Assembly (NCBI GenBank): GCA_964010765.1
Contig: CAXGMD010000068.1
Span: forward strand, 1 to 18,857
Direction: 5' to 3'
DNA from: an uncultured bacterium
Lineage (GTDB): Bacteria > SAR324 > NAC60-12
DNA length: 18,857 nt
The translations under genes were made by a program, and so were the position numbers. Below the pieces are notes generated by a model, which was given only the letters and a program-made list of their open reading frames with translations, had not been told where the DNA came from and did not search any database. Shown here one piece after another: positions 8,427-16,525 of this stretch (position 1 is the stretch's first letter; each line of letters begins with the position of its first letter).

Positions 8427-10274
8427 ATGAAATTGAACATGATCTCAAAGCAAATCAGCCCTCTGATCATTCTCATATTACTTGCTAGCTTTCAATGGTC
8501 TTGTAGTGGAGGTGGTGGAGGCGAAAAGACCGAAAATCTGTCCTTGCAAGTCACAATTTCTTACCCTAGAGATAACTCATCTGTGGTTGGAACCGCAGTT
8601 TACTCCCTGAAATTCAGTGAAGCTGTAACTGGGTTGACGGGCAACAATCTTAATGCTGCTTGTGAAGGTAGTATCCAATTGAGTTCCGATAATGGTGAAA
8701 TTTGCTATCCAATCTCGATCAATAGTGCAGACAATATCAGCTGGACAGTTGATCCGGTGGGGGAACTCAGTGATGGTGCCTACAGCCTAACAGTGACCAC
8801 TGGCATCCAAAATCTCTCCGCTATCTCCCCTGTCAGTCCAACTAGCGTGACCTTCAACGTCAAGGATGCCCTCTCAACTATTGCCAACCAGCTGGAATTA
8901 GATCTCATAAAAGCTGATCTCTCTAAAGATCTTGCTGAGGCTGCAAAAGCTGGTGCACGAACTGCGGCTGGTAGTGAAACAAATGATCTACTCAATGTGA
9001 TTCCAGCAGCCTTTGATGGTGCTTTCGATGCGGTTGCTGCGGCTGGACTGAACGAAACCCTCACGCAGGCCGCCCTCAGCACCATCATTGAGTCCCTGCT
9101 ATCCAATGTGGCCGGCCAAGCATCACTGGTCAATGACAACTCTGCCGCACGTGTTGCCGTTCTGCCCGCAAACTTCTCAAGCTTGTTGAAGAGCCTAACA
9201 ACTAGAGTTGCGACAAAATCTGCTGGCAACAGCACGACTCTGCAAACATTGGCCACGGCACTGGTCAGTAGTCTTCCTGCAGCTGGAGCAACGGCAACTG
9301 AAATCGAGACTACCTATGTCAGAACTATTGTGCAGACGACAACTACGATAGTCATGACCAAGAACACAGATAAAATGACTAGGGACAGCGTATTGGTTGG
9401 ACTCGGGGCTGGTGTAATTGCTGGGGCCAAGAGAATTACAGAAATGACGGTTAATGTGGATACGATTCAAACGACAACTACTGAATCAATGACAGCAGCT
9501 GCAAACAGCAGTGACGCAACCTATGATGTCAGCACAGTTACCACTGCGATGGTGTCAGTAGTCAACTCCGAAACGCTAACCAGTTGCTCTTTGAACGGTC
9601 AAACAGTTGCTCACGGGAGTACGATAACAGCCTATCAAGCACTCTCGGTGGATTTTGGAAATACTTGTACCAGTGAAACCCGAAGTTGTTTCAATGGAAC
9701 ACTGAGTGGAGCCTACACCAATACAAGCTGTACAGTAGCGGCCGCAGCCAGTTGCTCTTTGAACGGTCAAACAGTTGCTCACGGGAGTACGGTAACAGCC
9801 TATCAAGCACTCTCGGTGGATTTTGGAAATACTTGTACCGGAGAAACCCGAAGTTGTTTCAATGGTAATTTGTCCGGCAGCTATACCTACACTAACTGTA
9901 CGGTAAGCGCTGCCAGCCAATCATCATCGGATTACAGCGCAGATGGGACCACATTTAAAATCACTGTGAGCTCATCCGGCTATTATTCGAACAAATATTA
10001 TGTAGACAGCGTACAAACTAAGTCGTTGAATTTGAAGAAAGGCTTTACCTATTATTTTAACGTCGATGATTCTTCAACAAACAGTCACCCTTTGTTTATT
10101 GGGACATCATCAGGGGGAGGAAATTATGTCAACGAGTATTCATCAGGAATTACGAATAGCCGTGCTACAAATGGTATTTTGAGTTTTACTGTGCCTACCG
10201 ATGCACCTTCCACCCTTTATTACAATTGTGGTCTTCATTCCAACATGGGAGCAGAAATCTCAATTGTTGACTAA
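8427..10274 (+). CDS. surface lipoprotein (615 aa): Ig-like domain, Ala/Thr-rich helical region, two Cys-rich repeats, C-terminal cupredoxin-like domain
   Basis: Hydrophobic signal plus 'WSC-SGGGGG' lipobox-like site; 'LKFSEAV…VDPVGELSDGAYSLTVTTGIQNL' resembles Big_5; 'SHPLFI…LYYNCGLHSNMG' gives an H/C/H/M spacing like a type-1 copper site. Confidence 0.9.
   Translation: MKLNMISKQISPLIILILLASFQWSCSGGGGGEKTENLSLQVTISYPRDNSSVVGTAVYSLKFSEAVTGLTGNNLNAACEGSIQLSSDNGEICYPISINSADNISWTVDPVGELSDGAYSLTVTTGIQNLSAISPVSPTSVTFNVKDALSTIANQLELDLIKADLSKDLAEAAKAGARTAAGSETNDLLNVIPAAFDGAFDAVAAAGLNETLTQAALSTIIESLLSNVAGQASLVNDNSAARVAVLPANFSSLLKSLTTRVATKSAGNSTTLQTLATALVSSLPAAGATATEIETTYVRTIVQTTTTIVMTKNTDKMTRDSVLVGLGAGVIAGAKRITEMTVNVDTIQTTTTESMTAAANSSDATYDVSTVTTAMVSVVNSETLTSCSLNGQTVAHGSTITAYQALSVDFGNTCTSETRSCFNGTLSGAYTNTSCTVAAAASCSLNGQTVAHGSTVTAYQALSVDFGNTCTGETRSCFNGNLSGSYTYTNCTVSAASQSSSDYSADGTTFKITVSSSGYYSNKYYVDSVQTKSLNLKKGFTYYFNVDDSSTNSHPLFIGTSSGGGNYVNEYSSGITNSRATNGILSFTVPTDAPSTLYYNCGLHSNMGAEISIVD
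9580..9915 (+). repeat. intragenic tandem duplication, 2 x 168 bp (56 aa, 4 Cys each)
   Basis: CCAGTTGCTCTTTGAACGGTCAAACAGTTGCTCACGGGAGTACG starts at 9580 and 9748; nearly identical over the first ~115 bp, more diverged after. Confidence 0.95.
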
Positions 10275-10367
10275 ATTATATTGCTTGTGCTGGAAAATGC
10301 TTTGGAAGATGAAGTGCTTTCAGAAAAGCCTGATGCCGTAAAGCATTTTTCAACTTTGGTCATTTTC

Positions 10368-10428
10368 TCTCCTCATGCTGTTGTCCTTGCCTTGATTCCT
10401 GCAATGGTATACCCAACCAACTGCTTGC
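10368..10428 (-). repeat. 61-bp dispersed direct repeat, copy B
   Basis: 49/61 identical to copy C; begins 9 nt after the stop of 10438..10833; ends TGAGGAGA followed by GAAAATGACC. Confidence 0.9.
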
Positions 10429-10437
10429 CTGTCCTGA

Positions 10438-10833
10438 TTAATCCCAAAGGCTCTGCATTACCTTCATTTGGTTGAAACACACCCACTCCAAGTTATATGT
10501 TTGAACCATTGACCAGAGTTCTTCAGCAATTTCTTTAGTTTCGATCCAGTGATGGTGAAGTCCATCCTCAGTTTCGTAGACTTCAAACAAGTTAAATATC
10601 GTCCTTCCTGTTTTTTTTGGGTACTTCCCATCAAAAAACTCACTGAACCCAGCGTATTCTGGACTCTCAGAAACAACATACTGAACCAACTTTAGAGGGC
10701 CTTCACGATAACTTTTATTTTTCATGAATTCGTAGTGACCTTCGAAAAAAATCCTTAACGCTTCGACGGCACTTTCATTTGGTGCAATCCAAGTAATAGA
10801 GGCAGTTGACTTCCCTTTGAGTTCATTTGCCAT
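10438..10833 (-). CDS. hypothetical protein (131 aa), likely dimeric alpha+beta barrel fold
   Basis: AAGGAG RBS supplied by repeat copy C; 'IFNLFEVYETEDGLHHHW' resembles the ABM-type ExYxxxxxxxxH motif. Confidence 0.85.
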   Translation of the reverse strand: MANELKGKSTASITWIAPNESAVEALRIFFEGHYEFMKNKSYREGPLKLVQYVVSESPEYAGFSEFFDGKYPKKTGRTIFNLFEVYETEDGLHHHWIETKEIAEELWSMVQTYNLEWVCFNQMKVMQSLWD

Positions 10834-10840
10834 AGCTAGT

Positions 10841-10901
10841 TCTCCTTATGCTGCTATCCGTGATTTGATTGCTGTGTTGGTATAGCCCACCAACTGCTTG
10901 C
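10841..10901 (-). repeat. 61-bp dispersed direct repeat, copy C
   Basis: Minus strand GCAAGCAGTTGGTGGGCTATACCAACACAGCAATCAAATCACGGATAGCAGCATAAGGAGA. Confidence 0.9.
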
Positions 10902-11379
10902 AATACGCTCCAAAATCTACTTCCCCCCACCGCCCTCCAAGCTTATCTGGTTGGCTGACATAATTGGAAGCACAAACACGCTGCTTTCGTCAACCAATCC
11001 CAAAGAGGCACCATGCAGTTTGGACAAACTGATAACACCAACCTAATTATTGGACTCTGGACAATTTGCATTGTTGGAGTCTGTGTTTCATTAGCAGTCC
11101 TAGAAACAGTCATGCAAGTGCCGGCTGTTCAGTAACCAGAGTTTCGAATCTGAATCCAGCTGGGGTCAAGCCATTCTCTGGATATGATTCCATTCAGGGC
11201 ATGGCTATCGGATTCAGAGAGGCATTTCTATCGTTCTTTGTAGGCTTGGCGACTTCGTTATTTCTCAGAGCTTATGCTGAACATCTGAAGAGAAAAGAAT
11301 TGGCCAAGGGACCAGCGGAGGTTGAGATTCCTACTTCCTGAAGAAACAGTTCGTTGTGTAACTGTGCTGCAAAGAGTTA

Positions 11380-11440
11380 CTGTCAGTTGACGGGCAGTTG
11401 AGGAAAGGAAAGTGGCGCTACTGGCAGTTGCTGTCAGTTG
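11380..11440. repeat. two pairs of 10-bp direct repeats CKGKCAGTTG, integrase arm-type-site-like
   Basis: CTGTCAGTTG 11380, CGGGCAGTTG 11391, CTGGCAGTTG 11421, CTGTCAGTTG 11431; 60-120 bp from the tRNA fragment. Confidence 0.8.
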
Positions 11441-11502
11441 AAATAAGTAGTTTTAGAGGAAATGATCAAGGCCGCAAGTAGTTGAATTTACTAGCGAAGG
11501 TA

Positions 11503-11547
11503 TGGTGGCGGGGGCAGGATTTGAACCTGCGACCTTCGGGTTATGAG
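11503..11547 (-). mobile_element. att core: 3' 45 nt of an initiator tRNA-Met(CAT) gene, not a complete tRNA
   Basis: Minus strand CTCATAACCCGAAGGTCGCAGGTTCAAATCCTGCCCCCGCCACCA covers the anticodon loop, T-arm, acceptor 3' strand and CCA of tRNA-fMet. Upstream sequence (…TTTTTACACAGTA) has no D-arm or 5' acceptor strand. Confidence 0.93.
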
Positions 11548-11721
11548 TACTGTGTAAAAATCAATTTACTTCAGTATTAATACGGCCTTGAAGGAAGTGG
11601 GGCTAGTTCACGGTGAGTTGAGGAAGATCCTGACACCTGACCGAGCAAGTTTCGAGAAGTTTCCTCAGGCAGGTTGACATACGGTAGTGTTGGGATTGAT
11701 CAAAACAATGTCCATGTTCCG

Positions 11722-13239
11722 TTACTCCATTCCCTTTCCGACGCTGTCGCCGACCCATCGATTAATGCCCAAGTCCTGCGCCGCTGCCTTTAGATACATC
11801 TGTCTGTAGGCGGGATGCCATTCCTCGGCTTCAGCTGCCGCGGCACGCAGCCCGGCCCGACGATCATTTGCCAGCTGACGGGATTCTTCTCGGATTGTTC
11901 TTTCATCCATTGTTTGAACGCGGCCACCCGAGAACACGATCCGACCGTCGATCATGGTGAGCCGAACCGAACTTCCATTCTCGCAATAGACGAGTTGACG
12001 ATGAATGTCGTTTAACGGTGTGAAAGCGAGTGTATCAAGATCGATCAGGCAGAGGTCCGCCGTTTGGCCCGGCGCAATGGCGCCAACATTGTCGGACCGC
12101 ATGGCGCGGTGACCGCCCAAAATCAGGCAGTCGAGCACCTCAAGCGCTGTCGGCCATGTCTCATAGTCAGGATCAGCAATGTTGTGGATGAGCCCCGTCA
12201 TCTTGGCGACTGCCCACATATTCACAGCATCATCTGCGATCGCTTCATCCGTGCCGAGCGCAATCGGAATTCCTTGGTCGCGGATGGCGCGAAACCGCAT
12301 GACGCCACTACCCAGGCGGAGGTTACTGATAGGATTGTGCGCAATTACGGCGCCAGCGCGGGCGATCCTGTCCAAATCCTCATCATCGACCCACACCGCG
12401 TGGATAACATTTGTCCGCTCCGTCAAGATACCGAGATCGTCGGCTAGTACGACCAAGGACCGGCCACTCAAGGTATCTACACCAAGTGCCCGTTGGACCT
12501 TGGTCTCGAGGATATGAACATAGAACGGAAGGTCATGGGTTCGTGACAAATTTTCCAAAGCCTGGGCATAAGTGGGCGTGACACGCTGTGGTGCCGAGCA
12601 GGATACGGCAGCGCGGATACGTCCGCCCGCCGCACCATGCCAACGGGAAATCAGGTGTTCATACATCTCCAACAATTGTTCAGAACCGACTTTCGGTTTC
12701 ACCGCCAGGCGACGGCGTTGGTTGTCATTCATGATCTGGTCGAGAAAGGGCAGCTTATCGGCTTCCGCCACGTCCGATTGGTCCAGCGCCACGCGGGCCC
12801 GAAGCCCGCTGTCTTCATAGGCTTGCAGGACAGCGTCAATGATGGCCGGCTCTGGGTACGGAACAAAAAAGGCGTCGTCCTGGACGGCCGTGACTCCGTT
12901 GCGGATCATTTCGAGGCATGCCAGCAACGTCCGCACGTAGGCTTCTCGCGGCGTCGGCCGCAACGCTTCGTTGGCCGGGGATTCGTAGAGCATGAACAGT
13001 TCCAGTGGCAGGCTGGGCAATGCTCCCTTCATGTGGTTCACCGGTGAATGGAAATGCGCATTGACCAAGCCAGGCATAACCAGCATGCCGGCGGCATCGA
13101 TCACATCAGCATCAGCAACTCCTGACAACAGGCCAACACTGACAATGCGCCCGTTTTCGATCAAAACGTCTTCCGGTTCTGGTTCTTCTGAGGTCTCCTC
13201 CCCTCTCCAGATCCATCCATTTTTAATCAGCGTTCGCAT
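11722..13239 (-). CDS. metal-dependent amidohydrolase, AtzA/TrzA/SAH-deaminase-like (505 aa)
   Basis: 'MPGLVNAHFH', 'VHILET', 'IHAVW', 'HNPISNLRLGSG', 'LGTD'. Confidence 0.93.
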   Translation of the reverse strand: MRTLIKNGWIWRGEETSEEPEPEDVLIENGRIVSVGLLSGVADADVIDAAGMLVMPGLVNAHFHSPVNHMKGALPSLPLELFMLYESPANEALRPTPREAYVRTLLACLEMIRNGVTAVQDDAFFVPYPEPAIIDAVLQAYEDSGLRARVALDQSDVAEADKLPFLDQIMNDNQRRRLAVKPKVGSEQLLEMYEHLISRWHGAAGGRIRAAVSCSAPQRVTPTYAQALENLSRTHDLPFYVHILETKVQRALGVDTLSGRSLVVLADDLGILTERTNVIHAVWVDDEDLDRIARAGAVIAHNPISNLRLGSGVMRFRAIRDQGIPIALGTDEAIADDAVNMWAVAKMTGLIHNIADPDYETWPTALEVLDCLILGGHRAMRSDNVGAIAPGQTADLCLIDLDTLAFTPLNDIHRQLVYCENGSSVRLTMIDGRIVFSGGRVQTMDERTIREESRQLANDRRAGLRAAAAEAEEWHPAYRQMYLKAAAQDLGINRWVGDSVGKGME

Positions 13240-13278
13240 CAGTTCAGCGCTCCACTGGAAAGTCGAAGTTCGAATTCT

Positions 13279-14820
13279 TTAGAGGCGTGACGAACTTGGA
13301 TAAAACGGGGCACGTTCTATTTCTCCATCAAGATAGTTTTCGTAAAACGCTTCCACACTCTCGAAGACCTGCTCCCTCAAATCCCTTCGAGACTGTTCCT
13401 CGTCACTTAGCGGCTTTGAAAGCTCCCGGGATATCGTGTCCAGAATTTCTTCACGACTGACGCCCATGAATTCACCGTCCTGATAGACGATCGTACCATC
13501 GACCATGACGCAATGGACATCCTTGGACTTCGCCCTGTAAATAAGGGCGTCGAGAGGGGCAATATCGGGACTTTGATATGGGAAGGTGGCACTATTGTAA
13601 TCAATAACGACAGCATCCAGCTTTCGGCCAGGATCCAAACGCCCGATCTCCGTTCCGAACGCCGTTGTCCGCCCACCGTGTTCCGTCGCCATACGCATAA
13701 TTTGGGCAGGGTTTGGTACGGCGCTGTGGTCCATCCCGGGGACCCTGTGCACGGTTAAGGCCATCCGCATTTCCTGAAGCATGTCCCGGTCTTCATTAAT
13801 ACCTGCTTCATCAATGCCGAGTCCGACAGTCACGCCCCTTTTTTCCAATTCCATCAAAGGCAGCAGGCCACTGCGAAGCCGGAAATTGGAAGAGCAGTTA
13901 TGGCATACACAGGTACCTGTAGCGGCCACCATCTCAATATCTTCTTCGGTCATCCAAACCCCGTGACCCAAGGTCAGGGATGGGCCGAGAAGCCCAAGTT
14001 TTTCGAGATGCTTTACGGCCGTCGTCCCAGTTCTTTTCCGGGCATATTCCTTCTGGTACGCCGTTTCCAATAGGTGCATGTGCATGGGCATTCCGGACGC
14101 ATCCGAGCGCTCTTTCATAGCGAGCAGCCCCTCATCCGTCATCCAATGCAGATTTGCGGGAGCCAACTGAATACGGGCCCGTGGATTTTCGTTGGCTTCC
14201 GTCAGGTCCTCGAACAACTGCATGAACTCAGCTAAAGAGAGATTTTGTCGAGACAGATGTGCGGCCATCGCCTTGCCAGCTGCGGGCGGTAACCTCTTGC
14301 AGAATTCCTCATCGGCTTCATAAACAAAACGATTTTGTTCTCGCACCGCGTAGCAATAGGAAACTCGCATGCCAACAGCCCGATAGGCCGCCAATACCCC
14401 CATTGCAGATGCCTTGACTTCCTCATAGTCGCCAACTGCCCAGCCCTGAATGTGCTGAACGGTCGTGATGCCGGAAGAAATCATCTCAAATGCTGAGTAG
14501 AGCGTATCGAGATACGGATCAACGCTCCGAAAGGAAAGCCGCGCGGCAAACCACAGTTCCAGGGCATAGTCCGGAGCGCCCAACTGCAGAGGCGTCAGGC
14601 CGATATGATGGTGACTGTTCACCAATCCCGGCAAGATAAGGTGATGAGGGTATGCGGTTTCAGGAGCCCCCGGGTAATCTCGGCGCATGTCCTCCAGTGA
14701 GCCGATGGCGAGAATGACTCCATCTTCATGTGCCAAGGCGGCGTTTTTATGAATATCAGGGACATTTTCGGTGGTCGTGCCCGTCACAATCCAACGTGCA
14801 CTCAGCAAAGAAACCGTCAT
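13279..14820 (-). CDS. metal-dependent amidohydrolase, same superfamily (513 aa)
   Basis: 'LPGLVNSHHH', 'MHLLET', 'GHGVW', 'HNCSSNFRLRSG', 'LGID'; ATGA overlap with the upstream ATPase gene. Confidence 0.93.
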   Translation of the reverse strand: MTVSLLSARWIVTGTTTENVPDIHKNAALAHEDGVILAIGSLEDMRRDYPGAPETAYPHHLILPGLVNSHHHIGLTPLQLGAPDYALELWFAARLSFRSVDPYLDTLYSAFEMISSGITTVQHIQGWAVGDYEEVKASAMGVLAAYRAVGMRVSYCYAVREQNRFVYEADEEFCKRLPPAAGKAMAAHLSRQNLSLAEFMQLFEDLTEANENPRARIQLAPANLHWMTDEGLLAMKERSDASGMPMHMHLLETAYQKEYARKRTGTTAVKHLEKLGLLGPSLTLGHGVWMTEEDIEMVAATGTCVCHNCSSNFRLRSGLLPLMELEKRGVTVGLGIDEAGINEDRDMLQEMRMALTVHRVPGMDHSAVPNPAQIMRMATEHGGRTTAFGTEIGRLDPGRKLDAVVIDYNSATFPYQSPDIAPLDALIYRAKSKDVHCVMVDGTIVYQDGEFMGVSREEILDTISRELSKPLSDEEQSRRDLREQVFESVEAFYENYLDGEIERAPFYPSSSRL

Positions 14821-15599
14821 AGTCGTTCTTGCTCCTCAAAGGCTTTATCGACTTCCTCGGCGAGCAGCGCATCGCATCGCTTGGCAAGTTCAATCATTTC
14901 TGGGGAATGAGGATCACGTGGCCTCGGTCTGTCGATTTGAATTTCGGCCTTAATGCGCCCGGGACGTGCAGAGAAAACGACGACCCTGTCCGCTAACGCT
15001 AGGGCTTCGTCGATTGAATGGGTCACCAGCAAAACCGAGGCGCCGGATTCCTTCCAAATACTCAACAAATGGTTCTGCATCCGTGCTCGGGTCTGAATAT
15101 CTAGCGCCGCGAACGGCTCATCCATAAGCAAAACCTTGGGCCGCATCGCGAGGGCCCGAGCGAGAGCGGCTCTTTGGCGCATGCCGCCAGAGAGTTCATG
15201 AGGACGACGCTCCCCGGCGCCGGCCAAGCCGACCTGTCGCAATAATTCTTCAGCGCGTTTTTCACGAGTGACCCGCGGCGTATTGTTGACTTTCAGGCCG
15301 AAGGTGATGTTGTCACGCACCGACAGCCACGGAAACAGTGATGCTTCTTGAAAAATCAAACAGCGCTCAGGTGATGGGGCGGTAATTTCTAGCGCATCGA
15401 ATTTAACGGCACCGGCAGTCGCTTCTTCCAATCCCGCCACGATATAAAGCAACGAGCTTTTGCCACAACCGGACGGACCTAGCAGGACAACAAACTCACC
15501 TAACGCGACTTCCAGTGAGAGATTCGATATTGCATGAACCGGCTCAGGCCCCTCCGGATTCCAGGTTTTCGAAACATTCTTAATGGACAACCCCATCAT
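14817..15599 (-). CDS. NitT/TauT-family ABC transporter ATP-binding protein
   Basis: Walker A GPSGCGKS, signature LSGGMRQR, Walker B LLMDEPF, VTH. Start moved to ATG 15599 (MMGLSIKNVSK), just after the permease stop. Confidence 0.95.
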   Translation of the reverse strand: MMGLSIKNVSKTWNPEGPEPVHAISNLSLEVALGEFVVLLGPSGCGKSSLLYIVAGLEEATAGAVKFDALEITAPSPERCLIFQEASLFPWLSVRDNITFGLKVNNTPRVTREKRAEELLRQVGLAGAGERRPHELSGGMRQRAALARALAMRPKVLLMDEPFAALDIQTRARMQNHLLSIWKESGASVLLVTHSIDEALALADRVVVFSARPGRIKAEIQIDRPRPRDPHSPEMIELAKRCDALLAEEVDKAFEEQERL

Positions 15600-15603
15600 G
15601 ATT

Positions 15604-16509
15604 TTAAAGTCCCTGCAAGTTGGTTGGGCCCACCCACCAGAGAACGCGCTTCTGGATTTGGCGTAGTGCCTGATCAAAAGCAAAACCGGTGATGCCGATG
15701 AGCGTCATTGTAAAAAAGACAAGGCTCGCATTAAATGTATTTCGAGCCATCATCGTCACTTGGCCAAGGCCGGAACCGACCCCTACGGCTTCGGCGATAA
15801 GCACCACCATCCAGGCAGCAAAAAGGTTCATCCGCAGCGTGACGAACAGGTCGGGAAGAATCGTCGGCAGGATCACATGTCTGTATATTTGTTGTTTGGA
15901 GCAGCCCATGATCCGGGCAAGTTGAATATACTGCACCGGGACACTGTCTATCTGCGACAACGTCGCGAGTACCATGACGAAGAAGATCGCGATGAAGACG
16001 AGAAAAATGGCCGGCGGATTGCCGATACCGAGAATGAAAACTGCAACTGGGATCCATGCAACGGGCGAAATCGGTGCCAACATGGTGACGAGGGGAAGAA
16101 CCAATTTTCCGAAGATATTGAAATAGCGGATGGCTAATCCAATTGCGAGCGACAAACTAAATCCGAGAGCTAAACCGACGAAAACACGTAAGGAAGACCA
16201 GCCGATTACCCCGAGCACCGACCAAATACTTCCGCCTTTACTCAGCGCACCTGCCCGTGACCCATCCGGATCGAAGAACCGAAACTGATCGGACAAGTCA
16301 GCTAAAAAGATATGCGGTGGCGGCAGCAAAAGTGGATTGGCCCACCCTTGCCACCACGCAAATTCCCAAAAGCCAACAAACAAGGTTAGCGACATACATG
16401 CCCAAAAAATTGGGGCAAGTTTTCGATAGACACGCGTGAGTAGGGCAAGGGGAAGGGCAACCTGCATCGAATGAGGTTGCAAATCTCCGCGAATGTTCTT
16501 TTGACTCAT
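15604..16509 (-). CDS. NitT/TauT-family ABC transporter permease (301 aa)
   Basis: Multiple TM segments; 'PISPVAWIP', EAA-loop region 'LARIMGCSKQQIYRHVILP', 'WMVVLIAE', 'GLG'. Confidence 0.95.
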   Translation of the reverse strand: MSQKNIRGDLQPHSMQVALPLALLTRVYRKLAPIFWACMSLTLFVGFWEFAWWQGWANPLLLPPPHIFLADLSDQFRFFDPDGSRAGALSKGGSIWSVLGVIGWSSLRVFVGLALGFSLSLAIGLAIRYFNIFGKLVLPLVTMLAPISPVAWIPVAVFILGIGNPPAIFLVFIAIFFVMVLATLSQIDSVPVQYIQLARIMGCSKQQIYRHVILPTILPDLFVTLRMNLFAAWMVVLIAEAVGVGSGLGQVTMMARNTFNASLVFFTMTLIGITGFAFDQALRQIQKRVLWWVGPTNLQGL

Positions 16510-16525
16510 GGGAATATGGCCCTCG

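Noticed and set aside
8032..10901. 61-bp repeats as integron attC sites or CRISPR repeats
   Set aside because: No RYYYAAC…GTTRRRY ends, no regular spacer lengths, and no intI or cas gene in view; the substitutions look codon-like.
8032..10901. Repeats as a diversity-generating retroelement TR/VR pair
   Set aside because: Mismatches are not confined to adenines of one copy, and there is no reverse transcriptase in the window.
10841..10901. 61-bp repeat as a structured RNA or riboswitch
   Set aside because: A GTTGGT/ACCAAC stem exists in copy C and partly in B but is lost in A; silent codon changes explain the conservation better.
10281..11341. Plus-strand ORFs 10281..10475 and 11066..11341
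   Set aside because: TTG starts without an RBS; the first is antisense to repeat B and a gene end, and neither has a recognisable motif.
11503..11580. Complete tRNA-Met gene
   Set aside because: The 5' half (acceptor 5' strand, D-arm, 5' anticodon stem) is missing; only the 3' 45 nt match.
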